Shown: one piece after another, positions 39,345 to 49,997 of the stretch
How the letters are laid out: every line of letters begins with the position of its first letter
Numbering within the stretch: position 1 is the stretch's first letter
Origin: Gemmatimonadota bacterium
GTDB taxonomy: Bacteria > ARS69
Length of the DNA: 64,000 nt
Direction of reading: 5' to 3'
NCBI GenBank assembly: GCA_030747075.1
Contig: JASLLL010000004.1
Span: 70,891-134,890, forward strand
The notes under the pieces: model-generated
Databases searched by the model: none
Seen by the model: only the letters and a program-made list of their open reading frames with translations
What the model was told of the DNA's origin: nothing
Made by a program: the position numbers and the translations under genes

Positions 39345-39835
39345 CCTCTCCGGGATTCTCCGTCGGGAAGGGAGGTGCGGTCCGGGTGGAGTTCCGCCTG
39401 AACGACCGGGACATCTCCGTTGACGCGTCCCCCGTTGATCGGCTTCTCGATATTCTCCGGGATCGCCTCCATCTCACGGGCACCAAGGAAGGGTGCGGCG
39501 AAGGAGAGTGCGGCGCCTGCACGGTGCTGCTGGACGGGGTTCCGGTGCTGGCGTGTCTCGTCCCGATATTCCAGTGCGCCGGGCGCGAGGTGACCACGGT
39601 GGAGGGAATCGCGGAGTCGGGTTCGCCTTTGCCGGAACTGCTGGCGGACTCGGGTGGCGTCCAGTGCGGGGCTTGCACGCCGGGGGTGCTGGTGCGACTG
39701 CACGCGCTGCTGGCGGAAGATCCGACGCCCACGCGCGAACGCGTTCGCGAGGCGCTTGCGGGGAACCTCTGTCGCTGCACCGGCTACGAGGGAATCCTGC
39801 GCGGAGTCTGCGCGAAGGAAGGAGAGGCCCGTTGA
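39341..39835 (+). CDS. Xanthine dehydrogenase family (2Fe-2S) subunit
   Basis: GTKEGCGEGECGAC, QCGACTPG, NLCRCTGY. Confidence 0.93.
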   Translation: MTSPGFSVGKGGAVRVEFRLNDRDISVDASPVDRLLDILRDRLHLTGTKEGCGEGECGACTVLLDGVPVLACLVPIFQCAGREVTTVEGIAESGSPLPELLADSGGVQCGACTPGVLVRLHALLAEDPTPTRERVREALAGNLCRCTGYEGILRGVCAKEGEAR

Positions 39836-40686
39836 TCACCGTCCACTCGCCGCGCACGCTGGAGGAAGCGGTGGAGCATCTTGCGCGGACGCCGGGCCTG
39901 GTGCCGGTCGCCGGGTGTACGGATCTCATGGCCGCCGGAGGCTTCCCGAGCGCAGGCGGCCTGCTGGATGTGACGCGCATTGCGGAGATCGGCCGGGTGG
40001 AACGCGAAGACGCATGGGTGAAGATCGGCGCGGCCGCTTCCTTCGCGCGGATCGAGGCGTCTGAGATCGTGCGGGCCGCGTTCCCCGTGCTGGCGATGGC
40101 GGCCGCCACCGTGGGCGGGACGCAGGTGCGGAACCGGGCGACCCTCGGCGGGAATCTCGCGAACGCCAGCCCGGCCGGTGATTCGCTTCCGGCGCTCCTG
40201 GCACTGGGCGCGGAGATTGTGGCGGTGGGGCCGGACGGTTTGCGGTCGATCCCGCATGACGCATTTCACACGGGCTACCGAAAGACGGCACTCGCTCCGG
40301 GTGAGATCATCGCGTGGGTGAGGATACCGTTGGAAGGACACGGGGCGGCCCCGTCTCCGGAGATCCAGCGGTTCCGAAAGGTGGGCACCCGCCGCGCACA
40401 GGCGATCAGCAAGGTCACCCTGGCGCTTGCGGCATCGCGGGAAGGGAAGAACGGCCCGCTCTCCCGAGTCCGGTTGGCCGCCGGAAGCGTCGCGGATCGA
40501 CCGGTGCGTCTGCGGAAGGCGGAGGAAGTGCTGGAAGGCGCATTGCCCGGGGAGAAAGTGGCGGGCGCGGTGGAGGCGGCCGCCCGGGCCGAGGTGTGCC
40601 CCATCGACGATGTCCGTTCGACCGCCACCTACCGGCTCCATGTGCTGGGGAGAGTCGCGCGCCGGATGGTGCTGTCTATCGAATAG
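39832..40686 (+). CDS. Xanthine dehydrogenase family FAD-binding subunit
   Basis: VAGCTDL, QVRNRATLGGNLANASPAGD, PIDDVRST. Confidence 0.9.
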   Translation: MITVHSPRTLEEAVEHLARTPGLVPVAGCTDLMAAGGFPSAGGLLDVTRIAEIGRVEREDAWVKIGAAASFARIEASEIVRAAFPVLAMAAATVGGTQVRNRATLGGNLANASPAGDSLPALLALGAEIVAVGPDGLRSIPHDAFHTGYRKTALAPGEIIAWVRIPLEGHGAAPSPEIQRFRKVGTRRAQAISKVTLALAASREGKNGPLSRVRLAAGSVADRPVRLRKAEEVLEGALPGEKVAGAVEAAARAEVCPIDDVRSTATYRLHVLGRVARRMVLSIE

Positions 40687-40820
40687 GGCCGCTCCCGTCA
40701 ACGGACTCGTCGACGCGCTCTCGGTGGGCGGCGAGTTCCGGGTGCGGAGCCCTTCTGGTGGGAGAAGACGGGGGAAGCGATGGGCAAACGCTCTCGCTCC
40801 CCCCGCGGTAGTGATGATCC

Positions 40821-41051
40821 CTAGCAGTTGTGTGCGCCGCCCCCGAAGAGAATCATGCACAGGATGAACAGGCGGAACGCCTGCCAGTAGGCGATCGTCG
40901 GCAGGCGGAAGATGTCGGGCATCGTGCGGTTCCACAACCACATGACAATCGCGGGAACGAGGAAAATGACGCCCGCGGCAAGGCCGCAAAGCGCCGCGAT
41001 TCCGAGCGCGCCGAGTACGCCGTCCGCGCAATCGAACATCGAGCAGTCCAT
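40821..41051 (-). CDS. Small membrane protein
   Basis: Two TM segments with WLWN..MP.IF.LP.I.YWQA pattern; overlaps stop of upstream gene. Confidence 0.65.
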   Translation of the reverse strand: MDCSMFDCADGVLGALGIAALCGLAAGVIFLVPAIVMWLWNRTMPDIFRLPTIAYWQAFRLFILCMILFGGGAHNC

Positions 41052-41542
41052 CAGAGTCCTCCGGTTGGGGTTGGGGGCCGGTTCGTCGCGAACCAGCGGT
41101 CGAAGACTTCACGGTCCGCCGCATCTGCGATGAGATCCCCCGCGTCGCGTGCGCGTTCGCGAGAGGCCATCGCTTCAGTCTCCATTTCAAGCGTGGCAAA
41201 CGCGCGGGCCAGCGCGTCATGAACGAAAGGCAGATCCCAGTCCGCCAGTCCCTCCGGCGTATCGTCGGCCAGTGCTTCGGAGTGCCGTGCCGCGTTCAAC
41301 GCGGACGCGCCGAGGCCGAGCGCGGCATGGACACAAGCCACCAGGCAACTGGCACGCAGGGCGTGAATCGCCTCTCCGGCAAACGACCAGTGAAGACGCG
41401 CGGTATGCGCAGCGTCCAGCATGACGCGGTCTTCTTCATCGGACCGGCCCGCTCGTTCCAGAAGGTCCCACGCGAGGTTGTTGTTCTCCACCGCGAAGGC
41501 CCGGTGCGCGACGGCCTTGTCGAATGTCTGCGGCATCGTCAT
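41051..41542 (-). CDS. Hypothetical protein
   Basis: HRAFAVENNNLAWDLL...AAHTARLHW; AAGGA RBS before ATG 41542. Confidence 0.7.
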   Translation of the reverse strand: MTMPQTFDKAVAHRAFAVENNNLAWDLLERAGRSDEEDRVMLDAAHTARLHWSFAGEAIHALRASCLVACVHAALGLGASALNAARHSEALADDTPEGLADWDLPFVHDALARAFATLEMETEAMASRERARDAGDLIADAADREVFDRWFATNRPPTPTGGL

Positions 41543-41687
41543 CCGGTTACCGTCCTTTCTCTTCGTCGAATCAGGCCACGCACGAGGTAATCCGTCAAGG
41601 ATTGCCCACCCGTGAGGATAAGGTGCCACGGTGTGGTATCTTCCGGGGAAACGACACTCCGCCAAGAGCGTGAACCGGGAGGCTGGT

Positions 41688-43352
41688 GTGGGATCTTCAG
41701 CGGGCAGGTTCGCGGGGAGTTACCCGGCCGGAGTCCCGGCGGAAGTGGACACCGGTGAGTTCGCCTCCGTGGGCGATCTCTTCCTGGACGCGGTGGCGCG
41801 GTTTCCGGATCGACCCGCCTTCACCAATCTGGGGCGGACGCTGTCGTTCACGGAGACGGAGCGTGCGAGTCGTGACTTTGCGGCGTATCTCACGCGTGAT
41901 CTCGGTCTCACCCGGGGCGACCGCCTTGCGATCATGTTGCCGAATCTTCTGCAATACCCGGTCGTGCTCTTTGGTGCGATGCGTGCTGGCGTTGTCGTGG
42001 TCAATATCAACCCGCTCTACACGGCGCGTGAACTTCACCATCAACTGACGGACTCAGGGGCTTCGGCGATGGTGATTCTGGAGACCTGTGCGCGCGTGCT
42101 CCAGAACGCGATCCACGGGACCGGCGTGCGATCGGTGGTGGTCACGGGTGTGGGGGATGCGCTGGGCTTCCCGCGATCGGCCCTTGTGAACGCGGTGGTC
42201 CGGTATGCGAAGCGTGCCGTTCCCCGTTGGTCGCTTCCGGGGGCTGTGCGCTGGCGAACGGCGATGCGAAGCGGTGCGGCGCTTCCGTTTGACGCGCCCG
42301 CGGTGGGGCAGGACGAGATCGCGTTTCTCCAGTACACCGGCGGCACGACGGGAGCCAGCAGAGGCGCGGTTCTGACTCATGGAAACATGGTGGCGAATGT
42401 GCTGCAGGCGGGCGCGTGGATCGGGCAGGAGGTGCGTCCGGGGAGAGAGGTCATGGTGACCGCGCTGCCGCTGTACCATATCTTTGCGCTCACAGCGAAC
42501 GCGCTCACCTTCCTGCATGCCGGAGCGGAAAACCTGCTGATTACGAACCCGCGCGACCAGAAGTCCTTCGTGCGGGAGTTGTCGCGCTCGCGCTTCACCT
42601 ACATCACGGGCGTGGACACGCTCTTCCGCGCCCTCCTGGACGCGCCCGGGTTCGACCGGTTGGACTTCTCCAGCCTTCGTCTGGGACTGGGCGCGGGGAT
42701 GGCGCTTCGTCCGGAGGTGGCGGCGCGCTGGCAGGAGGTGACCGGCGTTCCCGCGGTCGAGGGGTACGGGCTGACAGAGGCGTCCCCGGCGGTTTGCCTC
42801 AGTTCCTTTTCCGCGACCGGGTACACCGGGAATGTCGGCCCGCCGCTTCCCTCCACCGAATGCGAGGTTCGCGCGCCGGACGGCGAGGAAGTTCCCTTTG
42901 GAGAAATCGGGGAACTGTGCGTGCGTGGCCCGCAGGTCATGCGGGAATACTGGAACCGCCCGAAGGAGACCGCGGCAGTCCTGGGCGAAGACGGCTGGCT
43001 TCGCACGGGGGACCTCGCGACGATGGACGCGGCCGGGTTTGTGAAGATCGTCGGGCGCGCGAAGGAGATGGCGATCGTCAGCGGGTTCAATGTGTACCCG
43101 GACGAGGTGGAGGAGGTCGTCGGCGAGCACCCGGGCGTGGCGGAGGCGGGGGCAGTGGGTGTGCCGGATGAGAAGTCCGGCGAGACAATGAAGGTCGTCA
43201 TTGTGCGGCGGGATCCCGCCCTCACGGCGGAAGAGGTGAGGGCGTTCTGCCGGGAGCGGCTGGCGGCGTACAAGGTGCCGCGCGTTGTGGAGTTTCGCGA
43301 GGCGCTTCCGAAGAGCGCCGTCGGGAAGATCCTTCGCCGGGAACTGCGATAG
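41688..43352 (+). CDS. fadD: Long-chain fatty acid-CoA ligase
   Basis: LQYTGGTTG, EGYGLTEASP, TGDL, SGFNVYP, PKSAVGKILRR; GGAGG RBS; extended -10 TGgTATCTT at 41634-41642. Confidence 0.9.
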   Translation: MGSSAGRFAGSYPAGVPAEVDTGEFASVGDLFLDAVARFPDRPAFTNLGRTLSFTETERASRDFAAYLTRDLGLTRGDRLAIMLPNLLQYPVVLFGAMRAGVVVVNINPLYTARELHHQLTDSGASAMVILETCARVLQNAIHGTGVRSVVVTGVGDALGFPRSALVNAVVRYAKRAVPRWSLPGAVRWRTAMRSGAALPFDAPAVGQDEIAFLQYTGGTTGASRGAVLTHGNMVANVLQAGAWIGQEVRPGREVMVTALPLYHIFALTANALTFLHAGAENLLITNPRDQKSFVRELSRSRFTYITGVDTLFRALLDAPGFDRLDFSSLRLGLGAGMALRPEVAARWQEVTGVPAVEGYGLTEASPAVCLSSFSATGYTGNVGPPLPSTECEVRAPDGEEVPFGEIGELCVRGPQVMREYWNRPKETAAVLGEDGWLRTGDLATMDAAGFVKIVGRAKEMAIVSGFNVYPDEVEEVVGEHPGVAEAGAVGVPDEKSGETMKVVIVRRDPALTAEEVRAFCRERLAAYKVPRVVEFREALPKSAVGKILRRELR

Positions 43353-43363
43353 CGCCCTGTTCG

Positions 43364-44353
43364 TCAGTCCGGGGAGGAGGCGGCCGCCGCGCAGCGCCGA
43401 ACGATGTCTCCCGCGGGCAGGATGGACGATACGCCCCCCGCGCTCTTCCCGGCCTGAAGGTAGGCGCGCGAGTCGGCGCGGCCTTGCGCGGCGCGCTTCT
43501 GGCTCCATACTGAACGCAGCGTGTAGATGGTTCGCATGAGGTGTTTCGTTCGGGGATGCCGAAGGAGACGGCGGGCGACCGGTCCCGCATGAAGCCCGGT
43601 GCGTTCCACATGAGGCGTTCGGATCACCGAGACGGGAACACCGGTGAGGCGCTCCGTCAGCACGATGTCGTCCGCGGTGGCAGCGATGATGGCGGCCTTG
43701 TAGTCCGCCGGGGCGGTGCATTCCTCCGTGACGATGAAACGCGTCCCCATCTGCACGCCCGCGTAGCCCGCCCGGATGGCGTCGGCGAAGTCGTGCTCCG
43801 TGCCGATCCCACCCGCGCAGACAAGCGGAACACCGAGTCCGGCCAGCTCTGCGAACAGATCACCGGCGGTGCGCCCGCCCGCGTGTCCCCCGGCGCGGTT
43901 GTTCACGCAGATCAGGCCGTCGACTCCCGCGGCAAGGCTCTTCTCAGCCCAGCGCAGTTCGGTGACATCGTGGTAGACGATGCCGCCTGCCTCCCTGGCG
44001 CGCTCCACGACCCACCGGGGGTTCCCGAGGGAAGTGACGAAGAAACGCACGCCCTCTTCCAGCGCGATATCGATCCAGCTTTCCATGCGCTGCCGGTACT
44101 TCCTCGAGGACGATTCGATGAGCGCGTTCATGCCGATCGGGCGGGAGGTGAGCGACCGGATATGGCGGAGGCCTTCGCGGAAGTCATGCCCGTGGACATA
44201 GGTGAGCGACACCGGCTGCACCACGCCGATCCCGCCCGCTTCCGAGACCGCGGCCACCAGTTCCGGATTGCTGCACGGGTACATCGGGCCGCAGATGAGC
44301 GGCGTGTCGATGCCGAGGTGGCGGGTGAGCGGCGTGTCGATGAGCGCGGTCAT
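43364..44353 (-). CDS. Nitronate monooxygenase / FabK-like FMN oxidoreductase
   Basis: [26 protein letters not shown]. Confidence 0.88.
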   Translation of the reverse strand: MTALIDTPLTRHLGIDTPLICGPMYPCSNPELVAAVSEAGGIGVVQPVSLTYVHGHDFREGLRHIRSLTSRPIGMNALIESSSRKYRQRMESWIDIALEEGVRFFVTSLGNPRWVVERAREAGGIVYHDVTELRWAEKSLAAGVDGLICVNNRAGGHAGGRTAGDLFAELAGLGVPLVCAGGIGTEHDFADAIRAGYAGVQMGTRFIVTEECTAPADYKAAIIAATADDIVLTERLTGVPVSVIRTPHVERTGLHAGPVARRLLRHPRTKHLMRTIYTLRSVWSQKRAAQGRADSRAYLQAGKSAGGVSSILPAGDIVRRCAAAASSPD

Positions 44354-46380
44354 GCGGGGCCGAGCCTCCACCGCGCGGTCGTTACCGCGACGACCTGGCC
44401 GCCCGAGTCGAGGATTTCGGCGGTGGCGTCGAAGTCCGCGCCTTCCGGCGGGACGCGCGGCGGTGTGCAGCGGGCCACGGCGGTCAGCGGCCCGCGCGCC
44501 TTCTTGCGGTACTCGGTGGAGAGATGCGTGACGATGCCGCGGACATCGGCGGGAAGAGAAGCCAGCGTGGCGAGCCCGCTCGTGACTTCGCCGAGATTGG
44601 TGAGAGCCACGGCGTGGACGGATCGCAGATGGTTGCGAACGCGCCGGGAGTCTCGCAGGCGCACAGTGGCACGGCCGGGGGCCAGTTCGACAACGCGCGG
44701 TCGGATCGTGTGCGTGTAGGGTACGCGCTTGCCGAGAAGGCGGCTGAAGAGCCACGCGCCACCGGGGTAGGGGCGCAAGCGGTTCCAGAGCGAGAGAAGT
44801 TCGTTGTCGGCGGTCTGAGCCGCGACCGTGGCCGCGGGAACAGGCGTGGCGCCTTCGTCTCCTTCGCTTTCGGCGGAAGTCGGCGCGGCCCAGTCCCGAC
44901 AGCGGGTGACGGCCTTCGCCCAGCGGGCATGGCGTCGATTCCTCTCCTCCTCCGGGACGGCGGGTTCGTGGCGGCGCGCCATGCGCCACTTCTCGGCGAG
45001 TTCGTCGCGATTGCTCCAGAAGCCGACCGCCAGTCCTGCCAGGTACCCGGCGCCGAGTGCCGTCGTCTGCGTGATCTCGGGGACCTCCACGGGCACGCCG
45101 AGGAGATCGCTCTGGCACTGCATGAGGAATCGATTGCCGACCGCGCCCCCGTCCACGCGAAGCTCGGTCAGGTCCACGCCGGAGGCGCGCCGCATGGCGT
45201 CCATGGCGTCGCGCGTCTGGTGGCATATGCTCTCCAGCGTTGCCCGCGCGATGTGCGCGCGCGTTGTGCCGCGCGTGATCCCGACGATCGTCCCGCGTGC
45301 GTAGGCGTCCCAGTGCGGGACGCCGAGCCCCGTGAGCGCCGGGACGAAGAAGACATCGCCGGTGTCATCCACGGAGGCGGCAAGCGCCTCGCTTTCGGCC
45401 GCGGTCTCGATGATGCCGAGGCCGTCGCGCAGCCACTGGACGGCGGCGCCCGTGATGAAGATGGCGCCTTCGAGCGCGTATTCCACCGGCTCCTCACCGA
45501 TCTTCCACGCGATCGTCGAGAGAAGTCCCTCCCGCGCGGGCGCGGGGTGATGTCCCGTGTGGAGCAGCAGGAAGGAGCCGGTGCCGTAGGTGTTCTTCGC
45601 CATGCCGGGCCGGTGGCACGCTTGCCCGAAGAGCGCGGCCTGCTGGTCCCCCGCGATTCCGGACACGGGGATGCGTCTCCCGAGGAATGCGCCGGGGTCG
45701 GTCTCTCCATAGACGGCGGACGACGGTTCGACTTCGGGGAGAATGGCACGCGGAATATCGAGCCGCTCCAGAATGTCGGAATCCCAGTCGAGCGTGCGGA
45801 TATTGTAGAGGAGCGTGCGCGAGGCGTTGGAGGGGTCGGTGACATGGCGAGCGCCACCGGTGAGCTTCCAGACGAGCCAGGTGTCGATCGTGCCGAAAGC
45901 GATCTCGCCGTTCGCACAGCGGGCGGGAAGGCCGTCGTGATGGTCGAGCATCCAGCGGATCTTCGTCGCGGAGAAGTACGGGTCGATGAGGAGGCCGGTC
46001 TTCTCGCGCCAGATCGGCTCCAGCCCTTCCCGCTTCAGTTTGTCGCAGAGCGGCGCGGTTCGTCGGTCCTGCCAGACAATGGCGCGGGAGATGGGGATGC
46101 CGGTTGCGCGATCCCACAGGAGCGAGGTCTCGCGCTGGTTGGTGATGCCGATGGCGCGAATGTCGTCCGGGGATGCTCCCGCATCGGCGAGCGCCGCCTC
46201 CACCACGGCCAGCGTGACACGCCACAACTCCTCCGCGTCGTGTTCCACGCGTCCGGGCAGGGGATAGTGCTGCGTGAACTCGGAGGAGGCGCGGCCGCGG
46301 ATGGAACCCGCATGATCGATCACGAGCACGGTGGATGCCGTGGTGCCCTGATCGATGGCGATCACGAATCCGTCGCTCAT
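44350..46380 (-). CDS. glpK: Glycerol kinase fused to a C-terminal hotdog-fold (DUF4442/PaaI-like) domain
   Basis: [45 protein letters not shown]; open frame continues through a linker into [16 protein letters not shown]...[10 protein letters not shown]. Confidence 0.9.
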   Translation of the reverse strand: MSDGFVIAIDQGTTASTVLVIDHAGSIRGRASSEFTQHYPLPGRVEHDAEELWRVTLAVVEAALADAGASPDDIRAIGITNQRETSLLWDRATGIPISRAIVWQDRRTAPLCDKLKREGLEPIWREKTGLLIDPYFSATKIRWMLDHHDGLPARCANGEIAFGTIDTWLVWKLTGGARHVTDPSNASRTLLYNIRTLDWDSDILERLDIPRAILPEVEPSSAVYGETDPGAFLGRRIPVSGIAGDQQAALFGQACHRPGMAKNTYGTGSFLLLHTGHHPAPAREGLLSTIAWKIGEEPVEYALEGAIFITGAAVQWLRDGLGIIETAAESEALAASVDDTGDVFFVPALTGLGVPHWDAYARGTIVGITRGTTRAHIARATLESICHQTRDAMDAMRRASGVDLTELRVDGGAVGNRFLMQCQSDLLGVPVEVPEITQTTALGAGYLAGLAVGFWSNRDELAEKWRMARRHEPAVPEEERNRRHARWAKAVTRCRDWAAPTSAESEGDEGATPVPAATVAAQTADNELLSLWNRLRPYPGGAWLFSRLLGKRVPYTHTIRPRVVELAPGRATVRLRDSRRVRNHLRSVHAVALTNLGEVTSGLATLASLPADVRGIVTHLSTEYRKKARGPLTAVARCTPPRVPPEGADFDATAEILDSGGQVVAVTTARWRLGPA

Positions 46381-46513
46381 GGGGGTCCTTTCGCAACGGC
46401 GGATGCACCGCGCACCCGCGAGAGAGATATTGCCGGAAGGAAGTGGAGAGCGGTAGCTTCGATTTGTCCGGAAGGATCTTCCGCTTGCTCGGGCGCTGCC
46501 CGGGGAAAGGAGA

Positions 46514-47203
46514 GTGCCGCTCGTGCTGCCGTTTCTCTCCGGCCTGGCCGCGGGTTCGCTGCATGTAGTCTCCGGGCCGGACCATCTGGGCGCGCTGGCA
46601 CCGATGGCTGCGGGCCGTCCGGCGCGGGCGGTGGGAGTGGGCCTCTTCTGGGGATTCGGCCATGGAACGGGCGTGGTTCTCTTGGGGCTGGCCGGAGTGC
46701 TGGGTCGTTCCTTGATTGATGTGGATGCCGTGAGCGGTTGGTCGGAGCGCATCGTGGGCGTGGTGCTGGTGGCGGTGGGTCTTTGGGCGATTCGTCGATC
46801 ACGAACGCTCGTTGTGCACGCGCACGGGCACAAGCACCTGCATGGCGAAGGCGACGCGGGCGGCGGCCATGAGCACATTCATGTTCACCTGGGCGACACA
46901 GATCACGCGCGCGGCCGGAAGCACAGTCACCGTCGCCGCGCGGCTTGGGGAATCGGCGTGCTGCACGGAGCTGCGGGAACCGGCCATCTGGTCGGTGTCG
47001 TGCCTTCGCTGGCGTTGCCGGCGGGACAGGCGTTAGTCTTCCTTTCGGCGTATCTTGTTGCCGCGACCGTGTCGATGGGGGTGTTCGCCGGATTGCTCGG
47101 GAGCCTTACGGCACGACTCGGCCCGCGCGCTCTTCGGCCGATCACGCTTGTGAGCGGTCTCTTTGCCCTGGCGGTCGGGGTTGTGTGGATGGTGAGAGGA
47201 TGA
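46514..47203 (+). CDS. Nickel/cobalt transporter (NicO/UreH-like)
   Basis: [17 protein letters not shown], His-rich loop, GVLHGAAG. Confidence 0.85.
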   Translation: MPLVLPFLSGLAAGSLHVVSGPDHLGALAPMAAGRPARAVGVGLFWGFGHGTGVVLLGLAGVLGRSLIDVDAVSGWSERIVGVVLVAVGLWAIRRSRTLVVHAHGHKHLHGEGDAGGGHEHIHVHLGDTDHARGRKHSHRRRAAWGIGVLHGAAGTGHLVGVVPSLALPAGQALVFLSAYLVAATVSMGVFAGLLGSLTARLGPRALRPITLVSGLFALAVGVVWMVRG

Positions 47204-47231
47204 TCCGGTTGATAAGGAGGTCGGTGCGCGC

Positions 47232-48365
47232 ATGAGAGTTGCGATGATCACGAGTTACCCGTGGGATCCGGAACTCGTTCCCGGGGGCGTGACAGCGGTC
47301 GGGGCGCACATGACCCGCTGTCTGGCGGCCATTCCGGGAATCGAGCTCCATGTGGTCTGCTGCGACCCCTCCGTCGAGCGGGACATCACCACGGAACGCG
47401 ACGGTGCCACCATCCACTTTCTCACCGATCGCGTGCGGTTCTCCGCGGTGACGAACCGGCTCCCGCAGCGCTGGAAGATGGCGCGGGTTCTCGGGCGCAT
47501 CCGGCCCGATCTCGTACACGCGCAGGGGCTGGGAGTTCCGGCCGCCGGGGCGCTGGATTCGCGGTGTCCGCGGGCGGTGACGGTTCACGGGCTCATGTGG
47601 AACGAACCGATTGAACACCCGGCGTGGATCACGCGGCAGGGCGACCGAATCCGCCGCCGGAATGCTTACCGGCAGGCCGGTCGGTTCCGGCATGTGTTCA
47701 TCACTTCCGGCCATGTCGCGCGCTCGTTGCCTCCGGAGGGCGACTATCGCCTCGTTGAAGTGAACAACCCGGTCGGTGAAAAGGTGTTTGCGATCCGGAA
47801 TCGACCCGAACGGCCCCATGTGCTGGTCGTGGGTGGTCTCAGGCAGCGCAAGGATCCGATGACAAGCGTCCGCGTGATGAACCGTGTGCTGAAGGAGATC
47901 CCGGACGCCACGATGCATCTTCTCGGCGTGCCCGGCCGGACGGAACTGGACGATCAGGTGGCGGACTACATTGCGTCGTGTGGAATGGCCGACCGGGTAA
48001 AGATACTGGGACTCGTTCCGAATGAGACTCTCTACGAAGAGTACGAACGGGCGTCGGTGCTCTTGATGCCGTCGCTGGAGGAGTCGGCGCCGGTCGCGTT
48101 GGGCGAGGCCTGCGCGGTCGGGCTTCCGCAGGTGGGTACGGACTCGGGCGGGATTCCGGACATGATTCGCGAAGGAGAGACGGGGTTCGTGCGGCCGGTG
48201 GGGGACGTGGAGGCGTTGGCCGAGCGCGTGACGGCCATCCTTCGTGATGAAGGCCTTCGGACGCGCCTCGCGGCGGGCGCGCGGGCACTGGGGCAACAGG
48301 AGTTTGCGGGCGAACCCATCGCGAGAAGGACGGTCGCCGCTTATGAGGAGATTCTCAGCGGATAG
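47232..48365 (+). CDS. Glycosyltransferase family 4
   Basis: GGVT, TVHG, K(D)P, PSLEESAPVALGEA..G.P. Confidence 0.9.
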   Translation: MRVAMITSYPWDPELVPGGVTAVGAHMTRCLAAIPGIELHVVCCDPSVERDITTERDGATIHFLTDRVRFSAVTNRLPQRWKMARVLGRIRPDLVHAQGLGVPAAGALDSRCPRAVTVHGLMWNEPIEHPAWITRQGDRIRRRNAYRQAGRFRHVFITSGHVARSLPPEGDYRLVEVNNPVGEKVFAIRNRPERPHVLVVGGLRQRKDPMTSVRVMNRVLKEIPDATMHLLGVPGRTELDDQVADYIASCGMADRVKILGLVPNETLYEEYERASVLLMPSLEESAPVALGEACAVGLPQVGTDSGGIPDMIREGETGFVRPVGDVEALAERVTAILRDEGLRTRLAAGARALGQQEFAGEPIARRTVAAYEEILSG

Positions 48366-48383
48366 CCGGGGTGCCCCGAGGCG

Positions 48384-49280
48384 TCACTGACCCCGACGAA
48401 GGCCGATCACAAACGGGATCCGCGTCGCCGGGAGGGTTGCGGTTGACTCGTAGAAGCCCGTCTCGAATCCGCCGATGAGTTCCAGTTCGGTGTCCCCGAC
48501 GCGGACGAACAGCTGCGCCTCCGGTCCGCCCTCCAGGTGCTGTGCACAGACAAGATCCACGGGCAGCGACAGGAGAAGCTCGTTCAGGTCGTGCATGGAG
48601 AGCGCCTCTTCGCAGAAGATGAACAGCATGCGGCCGGAGGAGTCTTCGCCCAGAGCGGCTTCCGTCCAGCGGCGGGGTTGGGGGCTCCAGCGATTCTCGC
48701 CCGGGCGCTTGATGAGCCGGAGGTTTTGCGCGACGCAGCGGTAGTCCTCGCGAATGCGAGAGAGCGAGACTCCCGGCACATCGAGGTCGAAGATGTGGAA
48801 GGGGGATTCTCCGGGGCGGACCGGGTCGAACGCCACGGCCGACTGGTAGTCGTTCACATGCGAACTGTTCGTGTGACTCCCGACTCGGCAGTAGCCGACA
48901 TGGGTCGAGTAGTCCGTGGCGAACATTCCCGCGTTGATCGCGGCGACGAGATCATGGTCCGCGCACCAGTCGCGAGCGGTCTTGCGCGCGCCGTCGGTGA
49001 GTTCGCTGGCGCAGAGGAGGTCCGGCGTCCACAGCGCGGGGTCGGCCCGGAGGACGGTGACGGTCGTGTTGTCGCCGCCCGTGGGGAATCGCGCGAGATC
49101 GAGCCCTTCGGCGAGCGGTGTCCAGGGGGAGGCGGCGGTGGCGGCGGCCGTGAAGCAGAGCGTCAGGATGAGTGCGGTGCGCAGAGAAGCGCGGAGGTGG
49201 CCGCAGGCAAATCCTCCCGCGGCCATTGCGCGAAGCGACGTCGGCGAACACAGCGACATGCACTGCCCTCCGTCGTTCAT
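48384..49280 (-). CDS. Phosphodiester glycosidase (NAGPA/DUF2233) family protein
   Basis: AAINAGMF, LEGG motifs; signal-like N-terminus; start uncertain. Confidence 0.75.
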   Translation of the reverse strand: MNDGGQCMSLCSPTSLRAMAAGGFACGHLRASLRTALILTLCFTAAATAASPWTPLAEGLDLARFPTGGDNTTVTVLRADPALWTPDLLCASELTDGARKTARDWCADHDLVAAINAGMFATDYSTHVGYCRVGSHTNSSHVNDYQSAVAFDPVRPGESPFHIFDLDVPGVSLSRIREDYRCVAQNLRLIKRPGENRWSPQPRRWTEAALGEDSSGRMLFIFCEEALSMHDLNELLLSLPVDLVCAQHLEGGPEAQLFVRVGDTELELIGGFETGFYESTATLPATRIPFVIGLRRGQ

Positions 49281-49287
49281 GTGATGG

Positions 49288-49887
49288 TCAGAGCGTCTGC
49301 GCGTGCTCGGACAGGTACTCGGCCACGCCCTCGGCGGATGCCGTCATGCCGGACTCGCCCTTCTGCCAGCCGGCCGGACAGACTTCGCCGTGCTCCTCCG
49401 CGAAACGAAGGGCCTCGACCATGCGAAGCATCTCGTCCACATTCCGGCCGAGCGGCAGGTCGTTCACGACCTGATGCCGGACGATGCCCTCCTTGTCGAT
49501 CAGGAAGGACGCGCGCAGCGCGACACCGGCCGGGTGCTCCACGCCGTAGTCCTGCGTGATCTTGTGGGTGATGTCCGCGACCATCGGGAAGCCGACCGGT
49601 CCGATCCCGCCCTTTTCGACCGGGGTCTGGCGCCATGCCGCGTGCGTGAAGTGGGAGTCGATCGAGACCCCGACCACCTCAACGCCCAGCGCCCGAAATG
49701 CGTCCAGCCTGCGATCGTGCGCAATGATCTCGGTGGGGCAGACGAAGGTGAAGTCCAGCGGCCAGAAGAAGAGCACCACATAGCGGCCCTTCAGGCCCGA
49801 CAGGGAGAAGTCGTCCTGGATCTGCCCGTTCGGCAGGACCGCGGCCGAGGTGAAGTCCGGCGCTTCCGTCGCAACAAGAACACTCAT
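49288..49887 (-). CDS. ahpC: 2-Cys peroxiredoxin (AhpC/Tsa)
   Basis: FTFVCPTEI and GEVCPAGW. Confidence 0.93.
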   Translation of the reverse strand: MSVLVATEAPDFTSAAVLPNGQIQDDFSLSGLKGRYVVLFFWPLDFTFVCPTEIIAHDRRLDAFRALGVEVVGVSIDSHFTHAAWRQTPVEKGGIGPVGFPMVADITHKITQDYGVEHPAGVALRASFLIDKEGIVRHQVVNDLPLGRNVDEMLRMVEALRFAEEHGEVCPAGWQKGESGMTASAEGVAEYLSEHAQTL

Positions 49888-49961
49888 GCTTACTTCCTCC
49901 ACTATTCCTCTGTTTTTGGATTCAGGGGAAAGCATCGTACAGGTTTGCCCGGAGGGTGTCC

Positions 49962-49997
49962 AAAAAAACCGGCCCGCGATTCACGCGGCGGCCCGGT
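49962..49997 (-). terminator. Rho-independent terminator of the hyp operon
   Basis: Minus-strand ACCGGGCCGCCGCG-tgaat-CGCGGGCCGG followed by a U-run. Confidence 0.7.
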
